Positions 45,031-56,448 of a stretch of DNA of 64,000 bases are shown here, piece by piece; within the stretch, counting starts at the first letter, position 1, and every line of letters begins with the position of its first letter. The position numbers and the translations under genes were made by a program. Source of the stretch: Rhynchopus sp. YZ270_cl-10 (taxonomy: Eukaryota). Location of the stretch: NCBI GenBank assembly GCA_964035575.1, contig OZ037843.1:62001-126000 (forward strand), in the 5' to 3' direction. Under the pieces are notes generated by a model, which worked only from the letters and a program-made list of their open reading frames with translations, was not told the origin of the DNA and ran no database searches.

Positions 45031-45687
45031 ATTTCCAGGACAGACTGCACCGTGTAGGCGAGAAAAAAAAAAATTTGTATAGTGGAGCACACTCTAGGGT
45101 GGCTACACTAATACAACCAAGTTTTCAAAAAAAGAGAAAAAAATAAAGCACAAAAGAAACAAAATGATTAAGATATTATTTTCAATCGAAAGATGGAGTT
45201 TTCCACCAGAGTCGTCTCCTCTTTTTTTATCTTATTTTTTGTTTATTTTTTGCAACTGAACAAACAGGGTACAGCCAGTACACCTTTCCCTAATTGTGTA
45301 GCACGGGTCCTCTTAGCAGGCCGTGGGCTGACAACAAAACTTTTGTGGTTTCGAGCTGCCTGCTCCTCTCCCACGTTCTCTGAACCCCCGGCAGCATCTC
45401 ATCAGTAGGAGCAAGGGTTCCTCTCCAGAAAAATAAAATAAAAGCAAATGAAAATGAAAATGAAAAGTGCTAAAAACGCGGCCTAGTCGAGCACATGCAC
45501 AGGGCGGGAGTTCGAAGTGTTCCGCATAACAAACGGATCAAACTAGAACCTATTTATACCCCAGCCATAAATGGCCACTATTATTTCGTAGCAGGGTCCC
45601 TGTAAATCATTGCTCAGATCAAACAAAAGAAAAATGATGGCGAAGATGTTTAAAAACGTTGGAGTCCCTCGAGAGGTTTCTGTAACC

Positions 45688-46863
45688 TTAAAATCTATCT
45701 TGGTCTTCACCCCTCTGAGTTTTCAACCTTCGGAGGCTTCTTGTAGTACTGAAATAGAACTCGAGAGAGAAGATATTCGCAAGATGCTTTGTGACCACAC
45801 CCTGCCAGTAGCGAATCATTCCTTGGTCCCCACAATCCGTGGTGACGTTGTACTCAGCCTCACACAGGCACTTCCCGCCTGCATCACATTCACCATGACC
45901 GTGGCACGTCACGTCGTCGGTGCAATAAACATCACAATCATGACCGTAATAATGAGGCAGGCATTTTTGACAGTTTGTGTCCTCATCGAACCCTTGGTCA
46001 CAATCGCATCCAAGCTTGGCGTCATTGTATGACCCTCGCGCGTTGCACATGATGTCACTGCACGTAGTAGCAGGGTCGCAGTGAAATTCGCATGCAGGAC
46101 CAACCCAGCCGTCGTTGCATTTGCATTTGGACACATCACCTTCGCATCTGCCGTTCCCGCTGCAGGTAAGCGAAGGACTGCAGGCGCAGGCTGCGCCTTT
46201 CCAATGTACCCAATCACCGTCGCAAGTGCACGCAGTCAAAGCTCCTGTCGCGTCGCATTTCCCTTGGCTGCATTGCGCATCGTCGCAAAACACTTCACAA
46301 TGCGGACCATACCAATCGTCATCACAGAGGCAGGGCAGGCCTAAGGTGTTGTGGTCGCAATACCCGTTGTTGCTGCAGAACGTACGGCACGTCTTGTCGC
46401 AGGAGTTGCCAATCCAGCCAGGGTTGCAGACACAGCTGAACGTGTCGTCGCAATGCTGGTTCTGTCCACAGTGTTGGTCTGTGTAGCATACACCTTGTGA
46501 GGCACACGGCGTTCCAGGGGTGCATGGGATGTTGCAGTATACCCCGGTCCAACCAGTGCTGCATGCGCAGGCGGATGTGAGTGGATCGCACGTCCCGTGG
46601 CCGTGGCATGTCTCTGAAGGGCTGCAGGCGCAGCTCAGACCAACCCAACCTGGGGTACAGATGCAGTCGGAATTCTCACATTGTCCGTTCCCGTTGCATG
46701 TCTCTGAAGGGCTGCAGGCGCAGTCGTCTCCTGTCCAGTCGCCACGACACCGGCAAGAGTTGTCGTAACATAAGGACTTCGCCCCTGGGCACTCAGCATC
46801 GGAAGTGCACCTCTGAGAACGAACTGCCCACAGCATCGCCAAACCCACAAAGGAGCGCAACAT
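45688..46863 (-). CDS. EGF-repeat protein, copy 3 (391 aa)
   Basis: Near-identical to copy 1. Confidence 0.88.
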   Translation of the reverse strand: MLRSFVGLAMLWAVRSQRCTSDAECPGAKSLCYDNSCRCRGDWTGDDCACSPSETCNGNGQCENSDCICTPGWVGLSCACSPSETCHGHGTCDPLTSACACSTGWTGVYCNIPCTPGTPCASQGVCYTDQHCGQNQHCDDTFSCVCNPGWIGNSCDKTCRTFCSNNGYCDHNTLGLPCLCDDDWYGPHCEVFCDDAQCSQGKCDATGALTACTCDGDWVHWKGAACACSPSLTCSGNGRCEGDVSKCKCNDGWVGPACEFHCDPATTCSDIMCNARGSYNDAKLGCDCDQGFDEDTNCQKCLPHYYGHDCDVYCTDDVTCHGHGECDAGGKCLCEAEYNVTTDCGDQGMIRYWQGVVTKHLANIFSLEFYFSTTRSLRRLKTQRGEDQDRF

Positions 46864-47818
46864 CGTTGTGCCGCTGTCCAAATGCGAGAAAAGGTGTTGA
46901 ACCTGCGATGTGAAGGTGTGTGTGTGGTGGGTACTGAGCAAAAACTCAAACGGCTATTTTAATACGCATATTTGTTCCGCACGCATAATACTGTGAAAAC
47001 CAGTTGAACAATCCCAGCATGACAGAGCAGGAGGTCATCATTTGACCACTTTCCTGGATGCCACCAACGTGAACCACAGCACCAGGTGCGCGTCTATCCT
47101 TACCCAGTCGCAGAGGCAGTTCGTGAAACCCCAAATCCCGGCGGAAACCAGACGATCCACGGAGACTGCAAGGTATGGCGATGTGTGAATTGTGGAAATG
47201 GGGAGGGGGAGGACAGATTCTTATTGTCCCTCAAAATCTCTTTGTTGTCTCTTTAGTCTATTTTTCTTGCATTTCTTTTCTTCTTGTGCTTTCTTCGTTT
47301 TGGTTGTCAAGAAACGCTCAATCGCCTATCGAGTTCTGTGAATAGCACGGAACTGCGTTTCCTGTGTATCCGTGGAAAGACAGTATCATATGTGATACCG
47401 GAATATTTTTTTTTGAAAAAAGGGGTCGAGAAAAACAAACAACGAACGCGCTGTGTGGAAAAAAAAACGAGTGTTTCTCTGAGCGTGATATTTTGTGGGT
47501 GGAAGATAAAACACTATTAGATTCATATACTTTCAGTTCACAGAATTGAAAACATTTTGAGAGGGTCAACACATATCAAAAACACTATGAAAAAAGAAAA
47601 GCACGTTGTACTACCATTCCCCTCACATACGTTCCTCCACTCCATTTAGTTTTCTCTCTCACTTTAAAAAAGTTTTTAACTGTTTACCGCTTTTGTTTTC
47701 ACCCCCGCCCAGTAGCACTGGTTTCGTTGGGCACTTAGCACAAAGCCTGCTAATCACGACACTGTCCAACTAAAGAAATTGCCACCTTATTCGACAAACC
47801 CGCAAAACCTGAGGCTGG

Positions 47819-49378
47819 TCAAGTACCTTGAAACTGGTGGCGGGCTAGCATATCAGCCGTTAGCCGGGCGTTCTCCATGTACGTTCTGTCACCTCCCTCT
47901 TGGGGGAAGTCATGTCTCCCCTGCTTCTGGGCTGAAGAGGTTGCAGGCCGTCCACCTCGCTTCCGCGGCCTCTTGCTGTGTGGGTACACGAGGTATGTGG
48001 CCTCGTGTTCTGACTTTTTGTGCTCCATCATCAGGTGCGTCACGACTTTGCCTTTCGTTTTGATGTTCAACGAGCACACCGGGCACGTCGGGTACTTCTT
48101 ATTATCGGCCTGCCCGCATTGCCCTGGCATCTCTACTAAGGTCTGGTTCACTGTCTTTTTTAAGTCTTGGCAGCCATCGAGTAAGTGTGGCCCGATTTTT
48201 CTGACACTCCGCAGCACTGAGACGTCTAACGCCCTCAAGGAAATGCAGTGAGCGAGGAAGTGTGTGCCTATGCGCACAACACTGCTGAGGCCGGAGAGGT
48301 CGAGAGTGGTCAGCTTGGAGCACCCCGAGAGGAAGCCGTCGCCAATAGCAGTGACATTGCTGAACACAGACAGGTCGAGTGTGGTCAACCTCTTGCATTT
48401 GAAGGCAAAGTTGTGGGCAATCCTCGTGATGCTGCCCAGCCCTGAGAGATCGAGTTGCTCGAGTCTCGTGCAGTTCGATAGAAAGTCGTTGGCTGTCACG
48501 ACACTATCATCGAATCCTGCAAGCCTTAGTGACGTCAGGTTGGTACGTTTGCGAAGAAAGCACTTCCCAAAGTCACTCACGAGAGACATATCACTGAGAT
48601 CCAGACGGGTTAATGGTTCGAGCGCTTTGAACTCTTTTGGTATCGCATTGGACGCCACCTCCTTCATGCGGAGCACGCGCTGCAAGCGTTCTCCTGTCAG
48701 CGTCGCCCCCAAGGAGCGCAGCGCGTCTGCGGCAACAACCTTCTGCTGCAGCCCCGCACTGCTCTTATTCAGTATCTCCTTGAACGCAACCCTGTCACTC
48801 CAATGCGGGAACCCTTTGCGATACGCTAGCCCCCTCTGGCCAATGGCCGCACCCCCTCCGAACACCATACAACAGCCTTTGTCAGGCGCCGACGCGAGCT
48901 TCTGATGTAAGTACATAAAGTTCCCTTCCACCCACGCGTCCACAACGTACTCCCTTTCGGCTGGCATGTGTACCTCTGAAGCGCATACAGGCACTTCTTG
49001 CGGCTCAGCTAGGTCCCTCGCATCAACTTCAGATGCCTCTGTGGCAGTCGCATCACCCACATCAGCCACGTCAGAGAGCTCTGCGTCTGTCCCGTCCGCC
49101 ACGTCGCAGTTCGTGTCACCGCCTTTGCCCGGCGGGAGATAGATGATCATTTCACTCTCCTCCGACCCTTCGTCCGAAGAGACCTGGGGCGACCCGGGGG
49201 GGCTGCAAGGCATGTTGCGCCTTCGAGACAGTAGTGCAGTACCCGAACCTGTGTTGTGTGGATAGGGCTGGGGAAATGGGGTGTTGGGTGTCAAAGAGAA
49301 GGACCCTTTATGTTGCTGTTGACGTTCGGCGTATCTGAGGGACTCCTTCCCCACATCAGTGCTGCAGGTGAGGACCAT
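47819..49378 (-). CDS. Leucine-rich-repeat protein with C-terminal C2H2-like zinc finger (likely start 49213)
   Basis: ~24-aa LRRs LDLSGLSSVVRIGTHFLAHCISL; CPVC...HLMMEH; basic KRPRKR; acidic N-terminus. Confidence 0.85.
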   Translation of the reverse strand: MVLTCSTDVGKESLRYAERQQQHKGSFSLTPNTPFPQPYPHNTGSGTALLSRRRNMPCSPPGSPQVSSDEGSEESEMIIYLPPGKGGDTNCDVADGTDAELSDVADVGDATATEASEVDARDLAEPQEVPVCASEVHMPAEREYVVDAWVEGNFMYLHQKLASAPDKGCCMVFGGGAAIGQRGLAYRKGFPHWSDRVAFKEILNKSSAGLQQKVVAADALRSLGATLTGERLQRVLRMKEVASNAIPKEFKALEPLTRLDLSDMSLVSDFGKCFLRKRTNLTSLRLAGFDDSVVTANDFLSNCTRLEQLDLSGLGSITRIAHNFAFKCKRLTTLDLSVFSNVTAIGDGFLSGCSKLTTLDLSGLSSVVRIGTHFLAHCISLRALDVSVLRSVRKIGPHLLDGCQDLKKTVNQTLVEMPGQCGQADNKKYPTCPVCSLNIKTKGKVVTHLMMEHKKSEHEATYLVYPHSKRPRKRGGRPATSSAQKQGRHDFPQEGGDRTYMENARLTADMLARHQFQGT

Positions 49379-49985
49379 TGGTCTCGGAGGGTTTGGGGTT
49401 TCTTCCCTTAGTTCAATCTTGGGCGATCTTGAGAACGAGAGAAGGGTAAAAAGAAGTTATCGTCTGTCGCATTCATTCACGTGAGGTAACACTTGAGGTA
49501 TGTGCACCTGGGTACCTGGGCCCAGACTTTTGATTCTCGTTGATGCCCAGTTTTGAAAAATGTGGTATTAACGAGAATGGGTATTGGTTTTGGGGAGTTG
49601 TTAGAGAAGTTAACCCAAAAAATGAAAGATGAGTGTCTTGTAAAAGACAGTCCTGATGTTCACCACATGAACATGAGTGTGGTGTATAACCACACCACAG
49701 ATAACATGTCTGTGTACGTCGTGTAATGCAATAGAGAAGTCTGCAAGACATACATGGGGCCTTCTTTCAAATGATGTAACGTGAATGAAACGTTACAGGA
49801 TTATGACATTGCTTGGCATTTGGTTGTGGCCTTTGTAATGGGGGTATTGGCCTCACACTAAGTTTTTGAACCCCCCTGAAAATCATTGATATGGGTCAGG
49901 TTTTCGACTAAAAAGGTGTTCTCGTCCTGTGGACGTAATTGCATCCGGTCGTGGCCATCTGGAACTCCATGCAGGGCAATAAGCA

Positions 49986-52601
49986 TCAGTGCATTACCAC
50001 AACGAACGGTGCATAAGCCTTCTGCCGCACATAGCTAGTAAGCTCTTCGTAAGGTGTGCGTTGGTCCTGAGCGACGCTGTCCAGCAGAGAAGACGCCTTC
50101 TCAAAGTCCTGTTTGATGATGTGCTCGAAGACCTCGTTCCACAGTGCGTGCGGGTTGTTTGAGGCAGACTCCAGCTGGTACATCCACTCCTCGTTTTCGC
50201 TGCTGCACAGACCCTTCACAGCAAACACAGTCTGCACCTTGTCACTCAACTTCTCGTACAGCACAGCACCTACACACTGGAGCACTACCTGTCCCTCAGC
50301 CTCACGTGATACGGTACGGTCAATGACACCAGGAAAGTTGCACTTCTTGTTCCAACGCTCAAGCACAACCACCCACGACATGGACCGCGAAAGAATCGAC
50401 ACCTTCTTCATCCCGTTGCAACCCATGTTCCCGACACGTGCCTCGCCTGTCGTGCACCCATACGAGATCTTGTGCACATCACCAAGTGCTGTTGCAACTT
50501 CGTGTGCAGCATGCACACAGGCAACCCCGTGCGACGGCTTCGGAACAAAGGCGTTGAAGGTGGCAAGCATCTTGTCGCCAGCAAACGTGTCGCACACCCC
50601 CTTGTTGCGCTGCACTGCTGTCAGGATCGTCTCAATCACACCTGCGTGTGCGGAGAGCACCTCTGCGTCCTTGTGATTCTTGCAGAAGGCGTGCCACAAC
50701 ACGACGTTCATGTGTGCCAGCGACACCTTCTTCTTCTTCATCCCTTCCACACGCAGCAGTGCCTTCTGGTGCTGTATCTCAACAACTGAACTCTGTGTCG
50801 TAGGTGAATGACCGGACATGCCTGACTGCGACCTCGTCTCCCGTGAGGACTTCGTTACGGACACTTCCTCATTCTCGGTGTCGTTGACAAGCACACTCTG
50901 TGGCATGTAGTTCCGGTACTCCACCAGGTTCCCCACCATGGTAACAAAGCTGCGCTGCATCATCCCCACTTCACTCAGCTGCGACACTGCACGGCCCGTG
51001 TCCACAGCCTCCAGGTCCATCACAGCCACACTTGCCATCTCACTCCCAAGCTTCAGCAGAGGTGACGTGATGTAACGTGTGAACACAACAGCAATGGCAA
51101 GAAGTCCGATCACCGCAACAGCCGTCACAATCACCATCACAGTCACCGCATCCTCCTTCTGTGCGTCTGCAGAGGACAGATCTGATGCCACCTTCGCACG
51201 GATTGCACTCGTCGACGCATCAATCGTATCCATCACAGACGCCCGAGGCACAAGAAGGGTTGAATACCAGAAGATAGTGCTGTGTTCAATTTTCGACGCG
51301 ATTGTCCAGAACTCCGTGCCGTTCGAGTCAGACCACTTCAGGAAGGAGTCCTCTGTCATCTCCACAAAGTCTTCGTAGTTCTGCGGGTGTGTGAACACAA
51401 ACCGCCCGTGCTCTGCAATCACTGAGGGGATGTGCGACGTCGCGTCTTCCATCGAGTGGTTCGTGATGTTCATGCTCGACACAACGGATATAATCTTGCC
51501 CCGCCAGTTAGTTATATTATACATCACCACCTGCCGTCCGCTGTTGTACGCGACAAGTGTCCCCACTGCACCAGACGCACGGTCGTCCTCCACCAGGTAC
51601 AGCGACGTGCCGGTCGGGAGCAGCTGTGCACGCAGCACGTCGGTTACTCCGTCTGCAGTCAAGGTTGCACTGACGGAACCCACACGCTTGCCCTGCTTGG
51701 GGAACATCGTGTACATATCTGGGTGGGTGTAGGTGTAGCTGAGACCCCAGTACACGGTGTCCCAGGCGACCTGCATGCGTGTGTAGACAAGCGTCTTTGC
51801 AGGGTTCAGGGGTGGCTCGTCGGCACTCACGTAGTGCATCTGTTTCCCACGCTGGTCGTGAACCGGGCTGTCAGGGGGTTCGGCGCCAGAGACGGGAAAT
51901 ATGCACAATCCACGCAGCAAATCTTTGTTGTAGTCAGGATCGTAGTTGCACGGCAGTGCGGGGTCTCTGATGTCACCCAGTTCGTTGATTTCTGTGTAGA
52001 TAGCATAGTCGGAAAGTCCCTCTGCCAGCGTCAGGTGGTCACGTGACTCATACAGCATAAGAATCTTCGTGCCGTTCGTAGGTAGCACACCACTCGCAGC
52101 AGTCGCTACCCTGTGTTGGAACCGCGAGCCCCACCCTGCAAACCCGTCACCCCTCTTCCACGGAACAGGATGTGCCGCACACCACGCGTAAGTTTCGTGA
52201 TGGAGCTCGGTTACCCCAGCCGTCATCCCAGCCTTAAAAGCAGACAAGACTGCAGGACGCATTATTGTGCGAGAAAAGGCGGGGTTCGTGGTGACGTTTG
52301 GGTGGTGCACTTGTGCCAGGTTGGCGAGCGAGATCACCAACTGCTCAGGCACCTTCAGGTACTCCTTCACTGCCGTGTCCACGTTGCCAAGAACAGAGCG
52401 CAGGTAGCGTGCCGAGACCGTTTCGATGTCCGCCGTACCACTGTCGAGACACATCCCGAAGCCCTCGTCACCTGTGTCACGTGCCTTCTCCAGAAGGTCG
52501 TCCCATGTTGACAGAGTGAAGCCACCGATGATCGCACCTGTCGACAGAATCAGCACCACACACAGCAGTATTGTCAGCGACTGGATCCCGCATGACACCA
52601 T
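49986..52601 (-). CDS. Receptor-type class III cyclase-like protein (TM-sensor-TM-HAMP-cyclase homology), copy 1
   Basis: Two hydrophobic segments; HAMP-like ITSPLLKL...MDLE...SEV; cyclase-like GVCDTFAGDKMLATFN and GEARVGNMG. Confidence 0.88.
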   Translation of the reverse strand: MVSCGIQSLTILLCVVLILSTGAIIGGFTLSTWDDLLEKARDTGDEGFGMCLDSGTADIETVSARYLRSVLGNVDTAVKEYLKVPEQLVISLANLAQVHHPNVTTNPAFSRTIMRPAVLSAFKAGMTAGVTELHHETYAWCAAHPVPWKRGDGFAGWGSRFQHRVATAASGVLPTNGTKILMLYESRDHLTLAEGLSDYAIYTEINELGDIRDPALPCNYDPDYNKDLLRGLCIFPVSGAEPPDSPVHDQRGKQMHYVSADEPPLNPAKTLVYTRMQVAWDTVYWGLSYTYTHPDMYTMFPKQGKRVGSVSATLTADGVTDVLRAQLLPTGTSLYLVEDDRASGAVGTLVAYNSGRQVVMYNITNWRGKIISVVSSMNITNHSMEDATSHIPSVIAEHGRFVFTHPQNYEDFVEMTEDSFLKWSDSNGTEFWTIASKIEHSTIFWYSTLLVPRASVMDTIDASTSAIRAKVASDLSSADAQKEDAVTVMVIVTAVAVIGLLAIAVVFTRYITSPLLKLGSEMASVAVMDLEAVDTGRAVSQLSEVGMMQRSFVTMVGNLVEYRNYMPQSVLVNDTENEEVSVTKSSRETRSQSGMSGHSPTTQSSVVEIQHQKALLRVEGMKKKKVSLAHMNVVLWHAFCKNHKDAEVLSAHAGVIETILTAVQRNKGVCDTFAGDKMLATFNAFVPKPSHGVACVHAAHEVATALGDVHKISYGCTTGEARVGNMGCNGMKKVSILSRSMSWVVVLERWNKKCNFPGVIDRTVSREAEGQVVLQCVGAVLYEKLSDKVQTVFAVKGLCSSENEEWMYQLESASNNPHALWNEVFEHIIKQDFEKASSLLDSVAQDQRTPYEELTSYVRQKAYAPFVVVMH

Positions 52602-53046
52602 TGTTCTGAGGTGTACAGAAAGGGAAGAAAGTGCATGGAATGTCTGGGGCTGTGTGGTGGTGTGTGGATGCCTTGTGAGGGTAACTCTTGCGAAGTCTCG
52701 TCGAAGCTATTTCCCTGTTGATAACGGTAAATATGCGGATTTCCGGTATGAATGTGTTCGCCTGAAGTGCAGAAAGGCTGTCATGGAACACAGGGGAGAT
52801 AAGAGAGGGGAAACAAGCGGGGAGTTTGAATGGGGTTTTATTGAAGTTTTTTATATGTTTGCTTTGTGTTATTGTTTTGTTTTGCTTTTTGAAAACTTGG
52901 TTGTATTAGCCACCCTAGAGTGTGCTCCACTATTAGTTTTTTTTTTTTTGTTTTGTTTTGTTTTGTAGTATGGGTGTTCTGGGAACGAGGTAATTCATGT
53001 GTAATGGGGCGGGATGGGGTGGAACGGGGGGAATTTAAAGTTTTTT

Positions 53047-54966
53047 GGGAGATAGTCAGACTTACCCTACCCTATTTTGAAAAAGTTCAGACTTGCCCTA
53101 TGAAAAAGTTCAGACTTGCCCGAAAATAAGTTCAGACTTGCCCTAAAAGTGTTTTTAGGGCAAGTCTGAACTTATTTTTAGGGCAAACACTTTTTTTAGG
53201 GCAAGTCTGAACTTTTTTAGGGCAAGTCTGAACTTTTTTAGGGCAAGTCTGAACTTATTTTTAGGGTAAGTCTGAACTTATTTTAGGGCAACAAGTCAGG
53301 CCACTTTGGCTGGGGCACTCTTGGGGCCCCATGTGGTATGACTTGTTTTATTGCCCTAAAATGCCTAACCGAGCCGGAGCCCAAAAATTGATGCCAGAAA
53401 CCACCAGCCACCCGGAAAGGGTGAACAGGCAGTCCACGTTGGGCCAGAACCGGTTACAAAGGAAGCCGTGTTCTGGGGCAACGTGGGGCGCAAAGTTTTA
53501 CAATTTTCATGCACGGGTGCTCCACAAATTACCAAGTATTCCTTCTTTGTTGAATTGAGAGAGAGTCAGTGTTTAGCTACCACGCGGGTTTGCTTAGAAT
53601 CCTTCGAGGCCGGCACAATTTTATTTATGTGGTCGGTTAAGACATGCCTATTGAAGAACAACGAGATCATCGTTGAAAGGAGCGAACTCCCCTTCCCACA
53701 ACATCTCTCACATTTCAACTCAGAATTCATACTTGGTTGTTTGCTTTGTCCATACGCAATCAAATTGTCATGCTTTCAAGAGCATGCCTGGCCAAAATGC
53801 AACAACGTGGAAAAATTGTTGTTGTTCCAAAAGGCAACAAGACCACCCACAAGGGGTTGAATTGTGCACTGTCCGGGGGAGCGCAAAGTTTTTTCCCTGT
53901 ACACAGTGGACACATCTTTATCACTTTGTTCCCACGGGGACACATTTGGATACTGCACGCATGCAGAAGTGCCAAACATGTCCGCACGTGGAGTGGAGTG
54001 TCCATCATGTTTTCCTGGTTTCCAAAAAGCAGTTTTCTTGCACTTACTATTTGCCCCGGTGTCTGGCAATAGAAGTGGCTAACATTGTAATGAGTAGCAT
54101 ATACATACCGTTGATCCAAATGAGTAAGGCGACCAACAAGTCCTCTGGACTTTTTTGTTGTGACGACAATCGCGGAGTAATCCCGGAGAATTACATCCTC
54201 GTATAAAAAGTTAAAGGTAGAGGTGGGGAAACTGTAGCTATAGAAATAGTTGTTGCAGTAGTGCAGACACCCGAGGGTGCACCACTATGCTTTTCTTTGG
54301 TTGTATCGACAATTTTACGTACATGATGTAGGACCTGTACAATGTCGCCCAAAGGCTTTGTACTTACTGCAGTAATCGGTATTTTTTTTTTGTTACTACT
54401 ACGTCGTGTTCTATGAGGAGTCGCGTTTGGGTGCGGAAGTCTTTTTTCTGGTCTCTGTTCTGTACGGGTCTCGGATCGTGGTGCGGTACTGCGGTGCGGT
54501 ACCTGAGAGTTTTTTAGAGTGATGATAAAGGTCAGAGGGTTTTCCCCTCCCATTTGTGTCATTATTTAATTTTGCTCGGAAAGTGGGGTGTCCTGGACAC
54601 GAGGAAATTCAGTTGCATGGAAAAAAAGCTCCATACCATAGGTTGCTCATTTCACTACCAGGACTCGTCGCGAATAGCCCATACGTGCCCTAAACAGAAA
54701 CGCAAAAACGACGACCGCCGGGCTCTGTAACCCAAGAGCCCCCAGCTTGCCCAATAAATAAGTGCAGGGTTGCCCTAAAAAAGTTCAGACTTGCCCTAAA
54801 AAAGTTCAGACTTGCCTTAAAAAAAGTGTTTGCCCTAAAAATAAGTTCAGACTTGCCCGAAATAAGTTCAGACTTGCCCTAAAAACACTTTTAGGGCAAG
54901 TCTGAACTTATTTCGGGCAAGTCTGAACTTTTTCAAAATAGGGTAGGGTAAATCTGACTATTTCCC
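53047..54966. mobile_element. Non-autonomous Mutator/MULE-like element
   Basis: Long TIR GGGA(G/A)ATAGTCAGA(C/T)TTACCCTACCCTATTTTGAAAAAGTTCAGACTTGCCC; 9-bp TSD AAGTTTTTT; subterminal AAGTTCAGACTTGCCCTAAAA arrays. Confidence 0.88.
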
Positions 54967-56117
54967 AAGTTTTTTGCTTTTTTTGTTTCCTCCCGTTTTT
55001 TGAACACGAAAAGTCCAAAAAAAAAAAAACTGGAATTCGTCGAGAACAACAGTTGCATCAGCAACATTGAGCTGGGCATTAGCTTTGAGGTCTACTCAGG
55101 CATCTTGCTGCGAAAGTGCAAACAGGTCGCCCATGCCCTGTCTGTGCGTGAGCGAGGGAAGGTGATGTCCTCTGGCTTCGATGGTTCCGGAAGCACTGCG
55201 CCGATAGCAAGCTGGGCTGCCCTTCCCAGAGAGAAAGTGACAACGGTGCACTGCCTACGGCCTGATTAAGCTACGGTCAAAATGAGTGTAAGGTAAAGAG
55301 GGCAAGGTAAACCCCACAACCCAGATTTTCTCTCCTGATCCTGACGTCTGAAAACATGAAAATGCCCGAAAACACCGGCATTCGCATTTCTGGAATCCGT
55401 CCGTTTGTGTGGTGGGTCAATTTTCCGAAATGGACAAGTTCTTGGTTTTGGTCAAAACTCGTCAGTGTAAGGTAAGGAGCCAAGTGTTTGCCTGTAGAAA
55501 CACGGTAGCAGAGGGGCGAGATTTTAGAGGCCCCACCCATGCGTGTATATTTGGCAAAAAACACAGACATTCTATTTTATTTTGCCGAAATCATACGCCC
55601 AAGATTGAACTAAGGGAAGACACCCCAAGCCCTCACCAATAGGCCTAAACCTGCAGTACTGATGTGGGAAGGAGTCCCTCAGCTGTGCCTAATGCCATGC
55701 CACAGAAACATAAAGGGTCCTTCTCGATACCCAACACCCCATAATACCCATTCTCGTTGATACCCATTTTCAAACGTGGGTAATAAGGAGTTATCGTCTG
55801 TCACATTCCTCCATGTATGCGTCACACTTGAGGTATGTGCACCTGGGTACCTGGGCCCAGAATTATTTTGCTAATACCCACTTTTTGAAAAATGGGTATC
55901 AAGAATGGGTATTGGTTTTTGGGGAGTTGTTAGAGAAGTTAACCCAAAAAATGAAAGATGAGTGTCTTGTAAAAGACAGTCCTGATGTTCACCACATGAG
56001 TGTGGTGTATGTGTGCGAGAGATGGGGAGCACGGGAGGGAACAAACGACTCGTGGATACTGAAACATCACCTGAAATTGAAGTCACCAAAAATGCACACA
56101 CAAGGATAGACAACCTA

Positions 56118-56448
56118 CCGTAAAAATATTTATTCTGGGCTGTAACTATTCTGAGACAGAAGTATACTGGACCGGAACAAAACTGGAACACTTGGGGTTT
56201 TTGGGGGTGTCCCAGTTTTGTTCCGGCCCAGAACAGTTCTGTTGGGGTAGAATTTTTATCCCCATTCCCACCCCACCCAGGTGCATAGTGCATCTTTGGG
56301 CAAAAAAAATTCGTCGCACTCCTCGTTTTTTTTTGACAAGGCACGGATACCCCCCCAAAACAATGCTGGTACGGAACAAAACTGGAACAATCGACGATTT
56401 TTTGGGGTGTTCCAGTTTTGTTCCAACCCAGAATAAATATTTTTACGG
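56118..56448. mobile_element. pogo/Tc1-type MITE
   Basis: Perfect 22-bp TIR CCGTAAAAATATTTATTCTGGG with TA on both sides. Confidence 0.85.

Larger units (their letters stand above)
33933..45054. mobile_element. 11.1-kb TA-flanked TIR interval with palindromic subterminal repeats, enclosing the YR elements
   Basis: TA|CACGGTGCGGTCTGTC ... GACAGACTGCACCGTG|TA (16 bp, 1 mismatch); GTCCGAC(A/T)GTCGGAC arrays inside both ends; homology to 27390-27620 stops at the left TA. Confidence 0.65.

Noticed and set aside
45478..45530. tRNA or SINE-like B box (GGAGTTCGAAG)
   Set aside because: No cloverleaf or A box found.
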